Positions 47,979 through 61,097 of a DNA stretch of 64,000 nt are shown in pieces (position 1 is the stretch's first letter; each line of letters opens with the position of its first letter). The stretch covers positions 62,001 to 126,000 of the forward strand of contig NW_003314426.1 in NCBI RefSeq assembly GCF_000143415.4, read 5' to 3'. Origin of the DNA: Selaginella moellendorffii. Its lineage: Eukaryota; Plantae; Lycopodiophyta. The position numbers and the translations under genes were made by a program. The notes below the pieces were generated by a model. That model was not told the origin of the DNA, did no database searches, and was given only the letters and a program-made list of their open reading frames with translations.

Positions 47979-50900
47979 TTAATTGAACTTTGCATAAGTA
48001 CATAGAGTTCTGCCATGCAGAAATTCCTCCACTAGATCTCGCGCGTTCGCTAGGTTCTCCTCCGGTTCCCATGTTGCTTCGCAGTGTGGAAATTCTTTCC
48101 ACTTCACATGGAACTCTCTCACCTCGCGTCCGTGTCGCTTGCTCTTGCGCGCATTGAGGATGGCCTCGACTTCGTATTCCTCCTCCCCTTGGATAACCTC
48201 AGGTAAAGGTCTTACTTGGTCCTTGCGAAGCGGATCCTCAAAATACGGCTTGAGTAAGTTCACGTGGAACACGGGATGCATCTTCCCCATCTCTCGAGGA
48301 AGTCGGAGACGGTAAGCCACTTTACCGATTCGAGCCTCAATCTCGTAAGGCCCCGCGAACCTGCTTAAGGAACTCAAGATCAATTCATTTACAGGAATAC
48401 ATGCATTTTTACCTTTGGGTCAACTTCCGGCTGATCCCACTTGGTAGCCTGAGGTTCTTGGTGTTCAGCCACACCTTCTCCCCAGCTTGGAACTCCACAT
48501 CTCGACGCTTTTGGTTCGCGTACTTAGTTTGCCTTTGTTGAGCCCGTTCCAAGGAATCCCTCACTAGATTCCAAATGTTGAGTCTTTCCGCCGTGAATGC
48601 CTCCACTGCGGGTAACTCTCCATGATACTCGGCCACGCCGAGTTCCACAGGACCTTCAATAGCTCGCCCATTGATGACTTCCCATGGACTCACCCCGATG
48701 CTCGAATGTGGTGAGTTGTTATAACACATTTCCGCAAGTCCCAAATGACTTACCCAGTTGGTCTGGTCTCCCGAGACATAGCATCGCAAATAATCCTCCA
48801 GCTGCCTATTCACCCTTTCCGTTTGTCCGTCTGTCAAGAAGTGTTAGTGCCATCAATCTTGACTCAATACCCATTACCAGTCTGTGGGTGATAGGCCGTG
48901 CTGAATTTCAACTTGGTGCGATACTGTTCTAGGAGTGTCCTCCAGAACCTACTGGTGAAGATCTTATCTCGATCTGAGATAATCTCTTCCGGCCTTCCCC
49001 GCACTCAAACCACTTGTTCGAAGAACAGCTTCGCCACACCTTCCGCATCCACATCCGTTGTGGTGGGTATGAAATGTGCCATCTTTGAAAATCGGTCTAC
49101 CACCACGAATATCGCATCGAACCCCTCGCTTGGGGGTAGTCCCGTGATGAAGTCCATCGTGAGACATTTCCACGGACGATCTGGAATGGGGATGCTTTGC
49201 AACAAGCCCCCACTAGCCTTCGTCACGGCTTTGACCTGCTGATATGTTGGACATGTCTTTACATAGTCTTGGACGTCCTTAGCCATATCTGGCCAGTGAT
49301 ACTTCCTTTTGAGTAAGCCCATCGTCTTGGGCACTCCGCCGTGTCCCGCGAGAGGTCCGTCATGACACTCTTCCAAGGCTACCTTCCTTAGTTCCCCTTC
49401 TGGAACATACACCCTCGTTTGCTTGTAATATATGAGTCCGTTGCGTTCCGCATAGCCCGTTTTCTCTTCCGTTGGCAGCTCACCTCTCTGGTGAGCTTCC
49501 CGCGCCTCCAGATTCCTCAGCAACACTTCTTGTGCTAGACCATCACTCTCGTATGCGGTCCGCACATCGTCCCAAAAGGTTGCTGTCGCGCTAGATATCG
49601 CCAACTTCAAGCTCGCTTTTTGACTTAGCGCATCTGCCACGATGTTGCTCTTCCCAGGCTTGTACAGGATCTCGCAATCAAACTCGGCCAAAGCATTGGC
49701 CCACCGACCTTGTTTTCCCCTTAGGTCGGGCTGTGACAAGAAGTGTTTCGTTACCACATTGTCCGTGTAAACCTTGAAGTGTCTCCCAAGGTAGTGTCGC
49801 CACTCCTTGAGCGCCTTGACCACCGCAAACAATTCCTTCTCGTGGGCAGGCCACTTCCGTTGAGCCTTGTCCAGCTTCTTCGAGAAGAACGCTACTGGAT
49901 GGTTGTCTTGCTTCAAAACTGCGCCCAACGCAAAGTCCGAAGCATCCGTGTCTACCTCAAAGTCCTTACCAAAGTCTGGTAATGCCAACACGGGAGCCTT
50001 CCTCAACTTCCCTTTGAGGTGGACGAATGCCGCCTCGCATTCCGCTGTCCATACCATCTTCCCTTTTCCTGTTTGGTCCGTTAAGGGCAGGGCTACTCTC
50101 GAATAGTGTCTGATAAACTTTCGATAGTAGTTGCATAGCCCCAGGAACGCCCTCAACTCATGTACATTCGATGGTCGTTCCCATTCCTGGATCGCTTTGA
50201 CCTTCTCCGGGTCCACCTTGAGCCCGTCCTGGCCCACCACATGCCCGAGAAACTTTACCTCTTGTTGAGCAAAGTCACATTTGCTCTCTTTAGCATACAG
50301 TTTGTGTTCCCTTAGTTTCTCAAACACCTTCGCCAAGTGTTCGGCATGCTCCTCTAGCGTCTCGCTATAGATCAGGATGTCGTCAATATAGACGACCACG
50401 AAGCGATCCAGATAGGGTACAAAGATGTGGTTCATCAACGCCGAAAACGTTGCCGGCGCATTGCACAGCCCAAAGGGCATCACCAAAAACTCAAAGCTCC
50501 CATACCTCGTTCGACAGGTTGTCTTCTCGACATCTTCCTCAGCTACCCTGATCTGGTAGTATCCTGACCTTAGGTCAATCCTCGAGAAGTATTTTGCCTT
50601 TCCCAACCTATCGAACAGGTCCTCGATCCTTGGCAAAGGGTACTTGTTCTTCTTGGTATACTTGTTGAGCAACCGGTAGTCTATGCACATGCGCATAGAT
50701 CCATCTTTCTTTTTCACAAATAGCACCGGCGCCCCATATGGCGACTTGCTCAACCTAACATACCCTTTGTCCACCAACTCCTCTAGTTGGCTCTTGAGCT
50801 CCTTGAGTTCTTTTTCGTTCAATCGATAGGGTGGACGAACCACCGCCTCAGCACCCTCAACCAGCTCAATCTTATGTTCTATCGGTCGTGCGGGGGGCAA

Positions 50901-52751
50901 CCCCGCCGGTAGCTCCTTCGGCATGGTATCCTGGAATTGGTCCAGCACCTGCTGGATCACTAAAGGTACTTCTTCCGTTCTTGTCTTTTTGTCACTCTTC
51001 ACCGAGAGTAAGCACAAAAAGGCTGCCTTAGTTCCTTTAGTGAGTTGTCCTCTCGTGGACACCAGGTTTAAGCATGACTCTTTGGCCTTGCTTTGCCCTA
51101 CCTTTAGATCCTGGGCCTCCACCCTAGATCTTCTTCCTTGGGCATTCGCCAATACCACAAGGTTCCTACCTTGTCCATGTAGGGCTACCACGAACCGATT
51201 AAACCAATCCATTCCGAAGATCACGTCAAATCCCGCCATGTCCAAGACGGTGAAATCCATGTCCACTTTCCATGTCCCCACTTCGACTCTCGCTTGTCGA
51301 AGTACCTCATCGGTGCTTTGGCTACCTTGAACAAACTCTATAGTCCTTGGTTCGCCTAGCCGCTGCACCGTTAGTCCGGCTTGCCGGACTATGTCTGCAG
51401 CCACAAAATTATCCGAAGCACCCGTGTCAATAAGGATCTTAACAAAGCTACCTCCGAGCTTCCCTCGGAGGGCTAGTAGATGTCGCGAATGACTCTCTAC
51501 CAAAGTTGCTCGTGTAATGAGTAACTTTGAGTTAGGGACTGGATCACATACCTCAATTTGGACTTCACCCGACTTGATGGCCATATTGGCTCTGGCCTTC
51601 TTCGGGTAGGGACATTCCCTCGAGAAGTGTCCCGCTTCGCCGCAGTTGTAGCATACGTTGTTTCCCACGCTGCTATACGACTTGACCTTCTTATCCGTGG
51701 GTTTGTCTTTTTTCACTTGACTCCCCCACGTACTCGCTTGCTGGCCACCGGATTTGCCTTTCCAGAACCCCGAGGACTCATTCTTAGAGAAACTCTTTTT
51801 GAATTTCCCCTTGCTATACGTTCCCCTTGGTTTGGCCCCTTTGCTAAATGTGGATCCCGACCCCGTCGTGTTCCCCTTTCGCAGGTTATCGTTGAAATGC
51901 ACCTTGATGGCCGCATCCAACGCTTCCTTGTAGTTGGTCGGGTTCCACCGCATCACCTCACCGCGAGCCCAGGTTTGCAAACCTGATATGAAGGCATGGA
52001 ACGCATCCATATCCCCCATGTCCGTGACAAGTATCCTCTTTGCCATGAACCCATTCACATATTCCTGGATGGTTCCAATCTGCTTCAGCCTACTCAGTTC
52101 ATCTCTCAAATGCAGAGTGGCATTCGGAGGAATGTATGTTGCGCGGATCCTCGCCTTCATCATGTCCCAAGTGGCCACTGGTCCTTCGTTGGCCTCCGTC
52201 GTTCTCCACCAAGACTTGGCATTATCTGCCAAGTATGGTTTTGCACATGGGACCTTTTCCGAGCTCGGTAACCGCAACGCTCGGAAGTAGTCCTCCATAT
52301 CGTAAAACCAATCCTCCACCACCTTATAGTCGTTCACTCCCTTGAAGACCGGTGGGGGCTTTGGTTTGTACTTGGGAACTGCCTGAGGGACTGATTCTAC
52401 TTCGGTCTGTTCGACCTTGTCTGGTTTTGCCTCAGTCCCGGCCGAAAGATCCGCACCTTCTGCGCTGCCAGCACCCGCAGTCTTTTTCTTTTTCTTCCGC
52501 CTCTCGTCACGCTTTAGCTTGCGTACGAGAGTTTCCAGCAGGGCATTGGTCTGTGCCAACTGTCCTTCTAACACGTCCAATCGAGCCTTGGACGACCGAA
52601 CCTCGCCACCGGACTCCTGTTTGGAAGTTTCCTCACTAGAGTCCTCCTCATGCAAGGATTCTTCATCCATAGCCTCTTGTTCGACCGGAGGCTCCAGCTC
52701 CGGCGGAGGTTCCGTCTTCGCCTGGGTTCGCTTACGCCCTGCCCTTGCCAT
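47979..52751 (-). CDS. Gag-Pol polyprotein with chromodomain; two introns in integrase and one nonsense codon
   Basis: [47 protein letters not shown] at 49005-49007 is followed by in-frame sense codons. Introns 48831-48877 and 48361-48412. Chromodomain YEVEAIL...VKWK...TWEPEENL. Confidence 0.9.
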
Positions 52752-53441
52752 CTCCCAGCAATCCGCCTCTATCCTTCGCTAGAACTGAGATAAAGGTTCC
52801 GATACCAAATTGTAAGCCACAAATTTTTCCTTTCCAATTTGTCAGCTTACCTCGCCTATCCGTCCAACACCGCCTTGGCTTTTGCTAAGTTCCCTTGCCA
52901 AGGTTCTCGCCTATGGTACCAGCTCCTACTTGGTCTCAGCTACTCACTGCACGAGCAACGGAGGGTTAGCCACCATCCACGGATTCCCAAATCACTCCCA
53001 ATCCCCCTCCCCGGGTTAGACTGGACTTAAGGTTCGGCTACACTCCCCGCAAGCACAAGCAGCCAAGCACACCAAGCTTCCAGGTTCCTTACACACACCT
53101 CCAAGACCAATGTTAGAAGCATCCACGCGCAAAATAAAAGGTCGAGTGTAGTCAAGATACGCCAAAACCGGAGGAGTTGTCAATAGCTCTTTGAGATCCA
53201 CGAACGCTCGCTCACAATCCGAAGACCAGATGAAAGATGACGTGGATGACTTCAGCAACGCTCGCAATAGTGTAGTGCGATCGGAAAGATGATCCACAAA
53301 ACGACCAAGATACTGCACCTTACCCAAAAAGCACTACACATCATTCACACACTTCGGAGTAGGGAACTTTAGAACAGCCACAAGTTTGTCAGGATCAACT
53401 TGCAAACCCTCACGAGAAATACGGTACCCAAGATAAGTTGT

Positions 53442-55159
53442 TGTGAGACACAAAATCCCTAGGCCCCAAAGTGGAGCTGGAAGGGCGCCACGTGGTAGTG
53501 GCCGAAGCGAAAGCCAAACGAGCATAACACGTTTGGACTAAAAGCTCCGACTTGAAAGGTTGAGAGCGGGAGTGGAACTCCCAACAAAGTGCTCGATGAA
53601 TGAGCACAAAGCGAGCCATAAGTGAGGCTCCAAAAAGGGACCCAAAAAGGACCAACACATGACACGTGGAAGTGTCCGAGATGGAGTCTGAGGCGGACCC
53701 GAGTTGGAGTCCAAGATGGACCCGAAGTGGAGTCCGAGATGGACCCGAAGTGGAGTCCGAGATGGAGTCCGATATGGAGTCCGAGATGGACCCGAAGTGG
53801 AGTCCGATATGGAGTCCGATGTGGAGTCCGAGATGGAGTCCGAGATGGACCTGAAGTGGAGTCTGATATGGAGTCTGAGATGGACTCGAGATGGAGTCCG
53901 AGATGGAGTCCGAGATGGATCCGAGATGGAGTCCAAGATGGACCCGAGATGGACCCGAGATGGAGTCCGAGATGGACCCAAGATGGACTCGAGATGGAGT
54001 CCGAGATGGACCCGAGATGGAGTCCGAGATGGAGTCCGAGATGGAGTCTAAGATGGAGTCCAAGATGGACCCGAGATCGAGACCGAGGCCGAAGCCGAGA
54101 CCGAGACCTAGTCCGAGTCTGAGTCCGAGTTCGAGCCCGAGTCCGAGTCCGAATACTAATACAGGCAGTTGGGTGAAAGCCCAAAGCGATCGTCCCCCAG
54201 GGGGGGGGGGGGGGGGGGCCTTCCCGGGGTTCCCAAAATATAATAGGGAAAGTGTGGGGGTTTGAACCTTTTGGAGCCCGTTTGGCCCGGAAAGGCCAAT
54301 TTGGCCCAGGAAGGCCAAATCCAGTGTTGGGTGATGAGCTGACCACTAGGAAGTCCAAGACTAGAGTGATCACGGAGCGACAAGCGGGGTAGCTTGGTGG
54401 AGTGTTCAAGAGCCGGCTCTAGTTCCCCCGGGAGATCGACTGGCCGATGCTCCCAGTCCAAGTGTGGGTGGCACTACCTACTTGGATACCAAGCGTGGCT
54501 CAACGGAACCTCGCTCTAAGCCCATGGCTAAAGCACCCAAGGGTGGAAGGCGGGGAGAGTACCCAGGTGGGTCGCGTAAGGCCACGGTGTTCTGAAATAT
54601 TGTCCCAAAGGCCCAGACTGTGGAAAGGAAGAGGAGCAGTCCTCTGGGGCAGTGACCAAGGACGAGGACCGTGGGACTTAGTGGTCGAGCCTGTGGGCCT
54701 CGATCTAGTGGCAGTGTTGGCAAACACGGCCAAGGGCAAATAGGGACTTAGTGGGGACTGACAGAGGGATATTGGGGAAGGCTATTCCCCTTGTCGGTGG
54801 GCATCCTAAGGATGCTAAGGAGTGGATCTGAGATGACCACTCACGGATGGTTTGCCTAGTCTTGGAGAGCCAAGATTGTGATGCAAGTGGTATTGGACTA
54901 CCAGTGTGGCAAAGGTGATTGGGCATGGCCTTAACATAACAAGCTGCCATGTCGGTGGTACCTTTGAGTGTCGGTCATGGGATCGGACACATGGAGCACT
55001 TGGACCAAGTGCAAATGTTGAGTGGCATGGATGCCATTCTCGGGGCTAGCAAGTCCCAAGTCCTGAATTGGACTTATGAAGGTTGTGATTGAGACTCCTC
55101 CAAGTGGTCGGAGGTGTGGTTAAGTGACCAAAGTAGAATGGAAAATTTAGTCGCTTACA
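53442..55159. mobile_element. 1.7-kb solo-LTR-like insertion with an internal 12-bp tandem array
   Basis: TGTGAG...CTTACA ends; TSD GTTGT/GTTTT; interrupts host RT, which is uninterrupted at ~17671; GATGGAGTCCGA array at ~53670-54150. Confidence 0.8.
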
Positions 55160-57961
55160 GTTTTGTCCTTGGACCCAAACACGCACTTTGACCGTTTCAG
55201 CTTTAAACCAACGTCGTGTAGCCGATCCAACACTTTACAAACATCACGAATGTGCTCCTCCCACGTCCCCTCCGAGTGGATCAAGACATCATCAATGAAG
55301 TCAGCAGTCACCTCCGGCATATCGCAAAGAACCTCGTCCATCATCCGCTGGAAAGTTGCTGGAGCATTGTTCAAACCAAACGAAATCACCAAGAACTCAT
55401 ACAAACCAAATGGTGTACGAAAAGCAGTCTTAGGAATATCTTCTTCAGCCATCGGTACTTGCCAATACCCAGAAGCAAGATCTAGCTTGGTGAACCAACG
55501 ACTTCGCCCTAGACAATCCAAGAGATCAGCAATATGAGGAAGAGGATACACATCTGGGATCGTCACTTCGTTTAACGAACGATAAACATTAAACGAATAC
55601 TCCCATTAGGCTTTGTCACAAGATGAGGTTCACATGCCCAAGGATTTCGCGACTTCTGAATAACACCCTTCTCCAGCATTGCCTTGACATTTGCTCGTAA
55701 AATCTTGATCTCCTTAGGGGACCGACGACGAATAGGAACCTTGATTGGACGAGCATCCCCGGTTGGAATCGGATGACGTGTGGCAATCTTGGCCCCAGAC
55801 GATAGGTCAAATTCAAAGAGATCAGAATACTCCTTCATGAGCTGGTCAACTGCTGCAACACAAAGATCGTCGGAGGGATCGGAAAAAGGAAAAGCAGAAC
55901 AAGATGGAAACACAAAAGGAAAGAGTGGGGGAACAAAAGTAATGGAAGCAGAGGTAGAAGTAGAGGGACGAAGAGGTATGAAAATGAGAGGAATGGATGA
56001 AACATAAGGAAGTATAAGACAAGGGGAGAAGCCTCAAAGCCACACTTGGCATGATTGCGCTGCAACCAATCCATACCAAGAATGAGGTCAAAAGCTTGAC
56101 TCGGCACCACCCGCAACGACTGCAACTCAAGCTCAAAATCGCTCACACGCACAACCAGGTCCACCTCATCCTGTGCACATGCATGTGTACGGCCGTTGCC
56201 ATAAAGAATGAAAACTGGTTCCGCCGCACGACGCAAGTGTAGACGACAACGTGTGGCAACAGGTCGAGCAATAGAAGATAAACTCGAACCTATATCAACC
56301 AACACGGAGAGAATAATAGGAGACCTCTTGTTATAAAAACGAGCTTGGAAAGTAAACACTGGATGAACTGGTGCTGAGTGAACCCCTTGATGATACTCCC
56401 GAAAGAAAGATGGAGGGGTCACTAATTTATTCGCGCAAGGTCCCTCCGTTACTCGCGCGACTCCTTGTTTCCCGGATGCATCTCGGTGTCTAGACCTTCC
56501 ACTGCAGCAGCACCCATGGGACGTTGCTGACGCCAAGGTCTCCACCTAGGAAATGGAGGTCGCCAATCCGGAAAACGACGGCAACGCCGATAAGTATGAC
56601 CAACTTCATCACACGTCCAGCAGCGAACATCACGGCCACGACCACGTCCTCGCGCTTGTCCTTGAACTCGAGCAGCAGCATCATCAACCTCCATTGGAAC
56701 AGGACCATCACCCATAAGAAGTGGAGCGGAAAGACGTGCAGCAAGAAGTGGAAGAGGCAACGTCTCATAACGTTGTGCCAAGCGAAGAGCATCGTCAAGG
56801 GTGGCAGGAGCAAGTGCATGCATAAGGCTGACAAGATCTTGACAAAGTGCTGGCCACAACATTCCTAGCTTGATCCGCTCCGACATATTTGGCTCCGCAC
56901 GAAGCAAAAGACTTCGGAAACGAACGCTAAATTGCATCACCGACTCAGATGGCCCTTGGCGAAGACAATGCAATTGTTCGAAAGCATCATTACAATCATC
57001 GGCATGTCCGAAGGTGCATTTGAAGACGTCCGAGAGAACACTCCAATCCCCACGAGTGGCTGCACTCAAACCATTGTACCACTGCAACGCCGTCCCTTGG
57101 AGACACATGGGAAACTCACGCAACCGTCAAGCATCATCTCAAGAATGATATGTGGCAATCACTGTGAAGTGATCGAACCAATGGTACACATCATCCCTAG
57201 GATTCCCGCAAAAGAACTCCGGCTGAACGCGAGGATTGGCACCAAGAGCAGGAGGAGTTGTACCACGTGCCGTGAATGCCGTCATCAACTGAGTTTGGTT
57301 GTTCAACTGCAAGCGCATAGCATAAAGCAATTGTACCAACTACTGCTCTAGAGTCAAAGGAGGAGATTGCTAATCTACCATGAAGATGAACGAAAAAGAA
57401 AGAGCAAAAGAAGAGAAATGACAAAAAGCTAAAAGGAAATGGTAGATCTAGACAATGCAAAAAGCTAGATCTAAACCAAAACCCTGAAAAGAAAGAACAA
57501 AAAACAGGAAATGGAAAAAGCTAGATCTAGACAATGCAAAAGCTAGATCTAAACCAAAATCCCAAATCTAAGCACTCTTTAGGGATAATCAAAGGTGCCC
57601 TTCACCTCCACCAATGTGAGTGCTTGGAATATGGAAAGGGATTACAAAAATGTGCATATCAATTAGCCCAAAAACCCTAGGTTATATACAGGAGCGAGTG
57701 GTCCAAATTAAAACCAATTCAACGGCTACTAAAATCCCACTACGCTAATATTAGTATATGGCATCGTAACTGTACACTTGGCCCTCACACATTGTGATAT
57801 ATTTTAGATAGCACAAAAGAAATTTAAAAAGAGGAGTAATATATTTTAAATAGCACAACAAATTATTTAAAAAGAGGAGTAGTACTCAATGGAATTTAAC
57901 AATTGGTTCCTCAAGGTATGGAAGAAACTAGAAACCTAGACAGATAAAATTGATGGATCAA

Positions 57962-57964
<3 letters not shown>

Positions 57965-57991
<27 letters not shown>
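57965..57991 (+). repeat. (CT)n microsatellite
   Basis: Read directly from the sequence. Confidence 0.95.
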
Positions 57992-57992
<1 letters not shown>

Positions 57993-59679
57993 TCATTTGT
58001 TTCTTTCTTTCTATGATTTTGCAGAGTCGTCAAAAAAGGTACTTGGCATTGGCTTTGAGGTTCCCATAGGCAAAAAGAAACTCATTCACTCTGTACCACA
58101 ATAGAACTTGCAGGGGTGAGCTTTTAAATGTTCTGAAGCTACTCTCTCTTGTTTTGACTTCCAGGTTCCGTGGATTCGAAAGGCCTGTAGAAAAACGTTT
58201 CACAAAGGTGCAGATATTCTCTCTACAAAAATCAACAATCCCGCCATTTTCTTCATCACATCTCCCGAGAATTGGGATAGCTCTCCAGCTTCCACTTGAT
58301 CTCTGCCCACTTGAGATGAGATGCATGGATCCTACAAGAAGCCAGCCGTGGACACCACGCTGTTGCATCTCCCGAGCTATTTTGTTCAAGATGTGTGGTA
58401 TACCGACGTGAACTATAAATTGCAGTGCAGGATCACATTCTAACTGATTTAATGCTAGAAGAAACTATGATATCTGACAACTCCAAAATGTTGAGCCTTC
58501 GTGACTTCCAATATGCTTTGTGGAAGGTCCCGATGGTAAGTTTGAGTTTTATTATTCTCGCAAGAAATTAACCAGCTAGGAAACCCAGAGCAGTTATTAA
58601 AGAAATACGTTCCATTTCTTTGTGAGGAGTGTCAGCAATTGCAACTAACACTGATACTCTTGAATTTTTTTTCATCTGTGCATAATTTAGGTTGATTATG
58701 TTTCTCAGTTCGGTGCTGACCAGTATCTACGTCTGGGGAAACTTCTTGTATTGTGTAGGATCATCTCGTTCTTGGACTCCAACATAATAAAATTCCATCG
58801 AGATGAAATACTAATCTTCTCTATTGCAGGTTCGTGATAGTATTTATCTTATTTTCGCAAAACTTTCTGGGAAGTTTACTGTTAATTCTCCTTGGGCATA
58901 CTTCCGATGCTGTTTCTTTTCTTTTGGAAAGCTCAGTGTTTTACTTGTCGTCACTAACACTAATACCAGATAGCACTACGCCTGTACAAGTACATAGCCT
59001 GAACATCCTAGCATGGTTTATTTCTGAAACTTCTATTTCGGACGAGAAGCAGTTACTGTTGGCCGTGGTTGGCTGCATTGTAGCTCTTGCAAGCACTTTG
59101 AAGGTAAATCTTGATCTCATAATTTAAACCAGTCTTAAATCTTTGTTTGTAGTCTGTGCCATGCGGTGCTTTAAAGAAATCAAGCAGGAAGGTCAAGTCT
59201 TGAAGCTTTCTGTGCTTTTGCGAGCCATACATGACAATACCAAGAACTTCGTAAACAACAGGAGGTTTTTGTCATCCTTTCTTCATACTAGTCTGCTCAG
59301 CGAATGAGAGCAAGACAATTAGAACATGTGGTACGTTTCATTAAGTTCCACCTCCGCCAACAATTTCAATCTTTCTAAGAACTTCTCCCACCTTGCTTTG
59401 TTGGTTCGATCTAGCTGAAAATTATTGACTTGCCAGAAGGAAAGAAAGCAGAAAAGAATTCCTTGATTTGTTTCGTTACATGTAAATTCTTCTATACTTC
59501 TTTTCTTTCTGGCATGTCACCAGTTTTCTATGTTGGATCAAATCAATAGAGCAAGGCGGCTGTATGAAAGATTGAGACCCTCTGCATTAGCTATTGCATC
59601 AACAACCCACAGATGTATGGCTAAGGGAGGGATGGAAATGAGTGGGATGACCATAACCTAAACGAGACGCAGACAAAGT

Positions 59680-60630
59680 TTAATACCTCACAGTCTCAAT
59701 GGCTGCTTTGCCATCTAGTTTTGAAGCGTAGAACGATTGAAGGTAATTTCCATAGACGCTATCTTTGAAGCAAGCAGGCGCTTCGTCAGCGACCAGCTGC
59801 GCCAGCAGAGCAATGTGACTATCTTCTGCTGGCCCATAGAATGAAGCAATGGAGACTCGAGTTCGCTCCGAGTTGACAACTGCTCGGTGCTCCACACTCT
59901 TGTACGCATCATTGGAAAGAATCTGAATAACACACAATCAAAACCTGGAAATCTCATGCATGCACGACTATGACGATCGAAAGAAAGCTTACCTGAAGTT
60001 GATCTCCAATGTTGACAACAAAGGCGCCAGGCAGAGGTTTGATCGGCACCCACGCTCCACAGTGTACAATCTGGAGGCCATCTTTCACCCTGGTGTCCTG
60101 CTGGAGTATAGTGAAACCGTTTGGATCCGCGTGAGCGTCCAGTCCGATTGTAAGCTCCGGCTCCGGACAAGGTGGATAGTAGTTCATCCTCATCGCATGC
60201 CTCTCTCCTCCAAAAGCTTCCTCCAGAGCACCACTTTCCAGTCCCAGTGACTCCGAGAACAATCCAAGCACTCTTTTCGCGGCGACGAACGAGACGTGGG
60301 TGGGGCGGACGACTGAATCGCTGGCGAGGGCGAGGAAGAGATGAATCGCTTGCGCGCTCTGGCCGTTTGCGCAGAGCGTCGAGATCATGATGTTACAGGA
60401 GAAGGCGTTCTTGTGGACGAGATCGTGGAAGACGGACCATGCGTCCGGGAGGCTGGAGCACTTGCCATACATGAGGATGAGGAGATTGCTGAACAAGGGG
60501 TGGTGGCGTAGGTCGAGGGTGGCGGCCAGGCGGCGGTGCAAGAGCTTCCCTCGCGGGAGGGAGTTGGAATCACCACATTGGCGCAGAAGAGTCGCGATTT
60601 GGCGTGGAGATGCCTGCAGGAGGCACCGCG
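59680..60630 (-). CDS. PPR / 2OG-Fe(II) dioxygenase in-frame chimera, copy B (start codon unresolved)
   Basis: LLRQCGDSNSLPRGKLLH...MYGKC (PPR), then NYYPPCP, HAD, GLQI, VNIGDQLQ, one intron, SNDAYKSVEHRAV and RVS. The HxD...H and RxS motifs are intact. Confidence 0.7.
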
Positions 60631-61097
60631 ATCACTCCTCTTGCTACTTCGCTGGATGTCATGGCAAAGACACACTCTCTCTCTCCATGATCCTGTGAAG
60701 AGCTTCATATGGATCATCACATTTTTTGTCAATAGCTTCACATAGGCACTAAACAACAGACATAAAGGAACTCAGAAGCAATCAGTCTTCTAAGCATCTT
60801 ATCCTCCGGCATCAAATGTTGGATCAGTGATGTCCTTTTTGAAGTCTCGCTTGTTGTTTGAGGTGGGCACGTGCTCCTATTGGTGTTCATGGGGTGTTGC
60901 AAAGCTGTGGGCTCTCAATGCAAAGGGGATTTCCTTGGCAAAAGAGCTTGAAATTTTGGTGTGCTGTTTTTCTTGTTCTACCATTTTGTTTTACATGAGA
61001 CATGTAGGAAATCCTGAGCTCAAAAGTTCACTAAGATTCATTTGCATAAACTACACTTTGGCAGAAAAATTATAACATTTATTACAAAATACAATAA

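Larger units (their letters stand above)
46429..53093 (-). mobile_element. Young chromovirus nested in the host RNase H region
   Basis: 283-bp LTRs at 46429-46711 and 52811-53093 (I saw 2 differences by eye); TSD CACAC at 46424-46428 and 53094-53098; PBS TGGTATC (initiator-Met type). Confidence 0.95.
44390..57789 (-). mobile_element. Full-length non-chromovirus Ty3/gypsy element with 175-bp LTRs, host of two nested insertions
   Basis: LTRs 44390-44564 and 57615-57789 (TG...CA); CATT duplication; empty site at ~16168; PBS-like TGGTGGAGGTG; PPT GAGAGGATGGGATGA; gag 56449-57350 with CWTCDEVGH..RRC; protease; RT; integrase. Confidence 0.95.

Noticed and set aside
49005-49007. Programmed stop-codon readthrough in Gag-Pol
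   Set aside because: TGA stands where Arg (CGA) is expected in VVR.xG. CpG deamination is simpler, as for the TGAs at 5937 and 12440.
53410-54409. 302- and 316-aa ORFs (SISD/LGLH repeats)
   Set aside because: Stop-free readings of a 12-bp tandem array inside an LTR-like insert.
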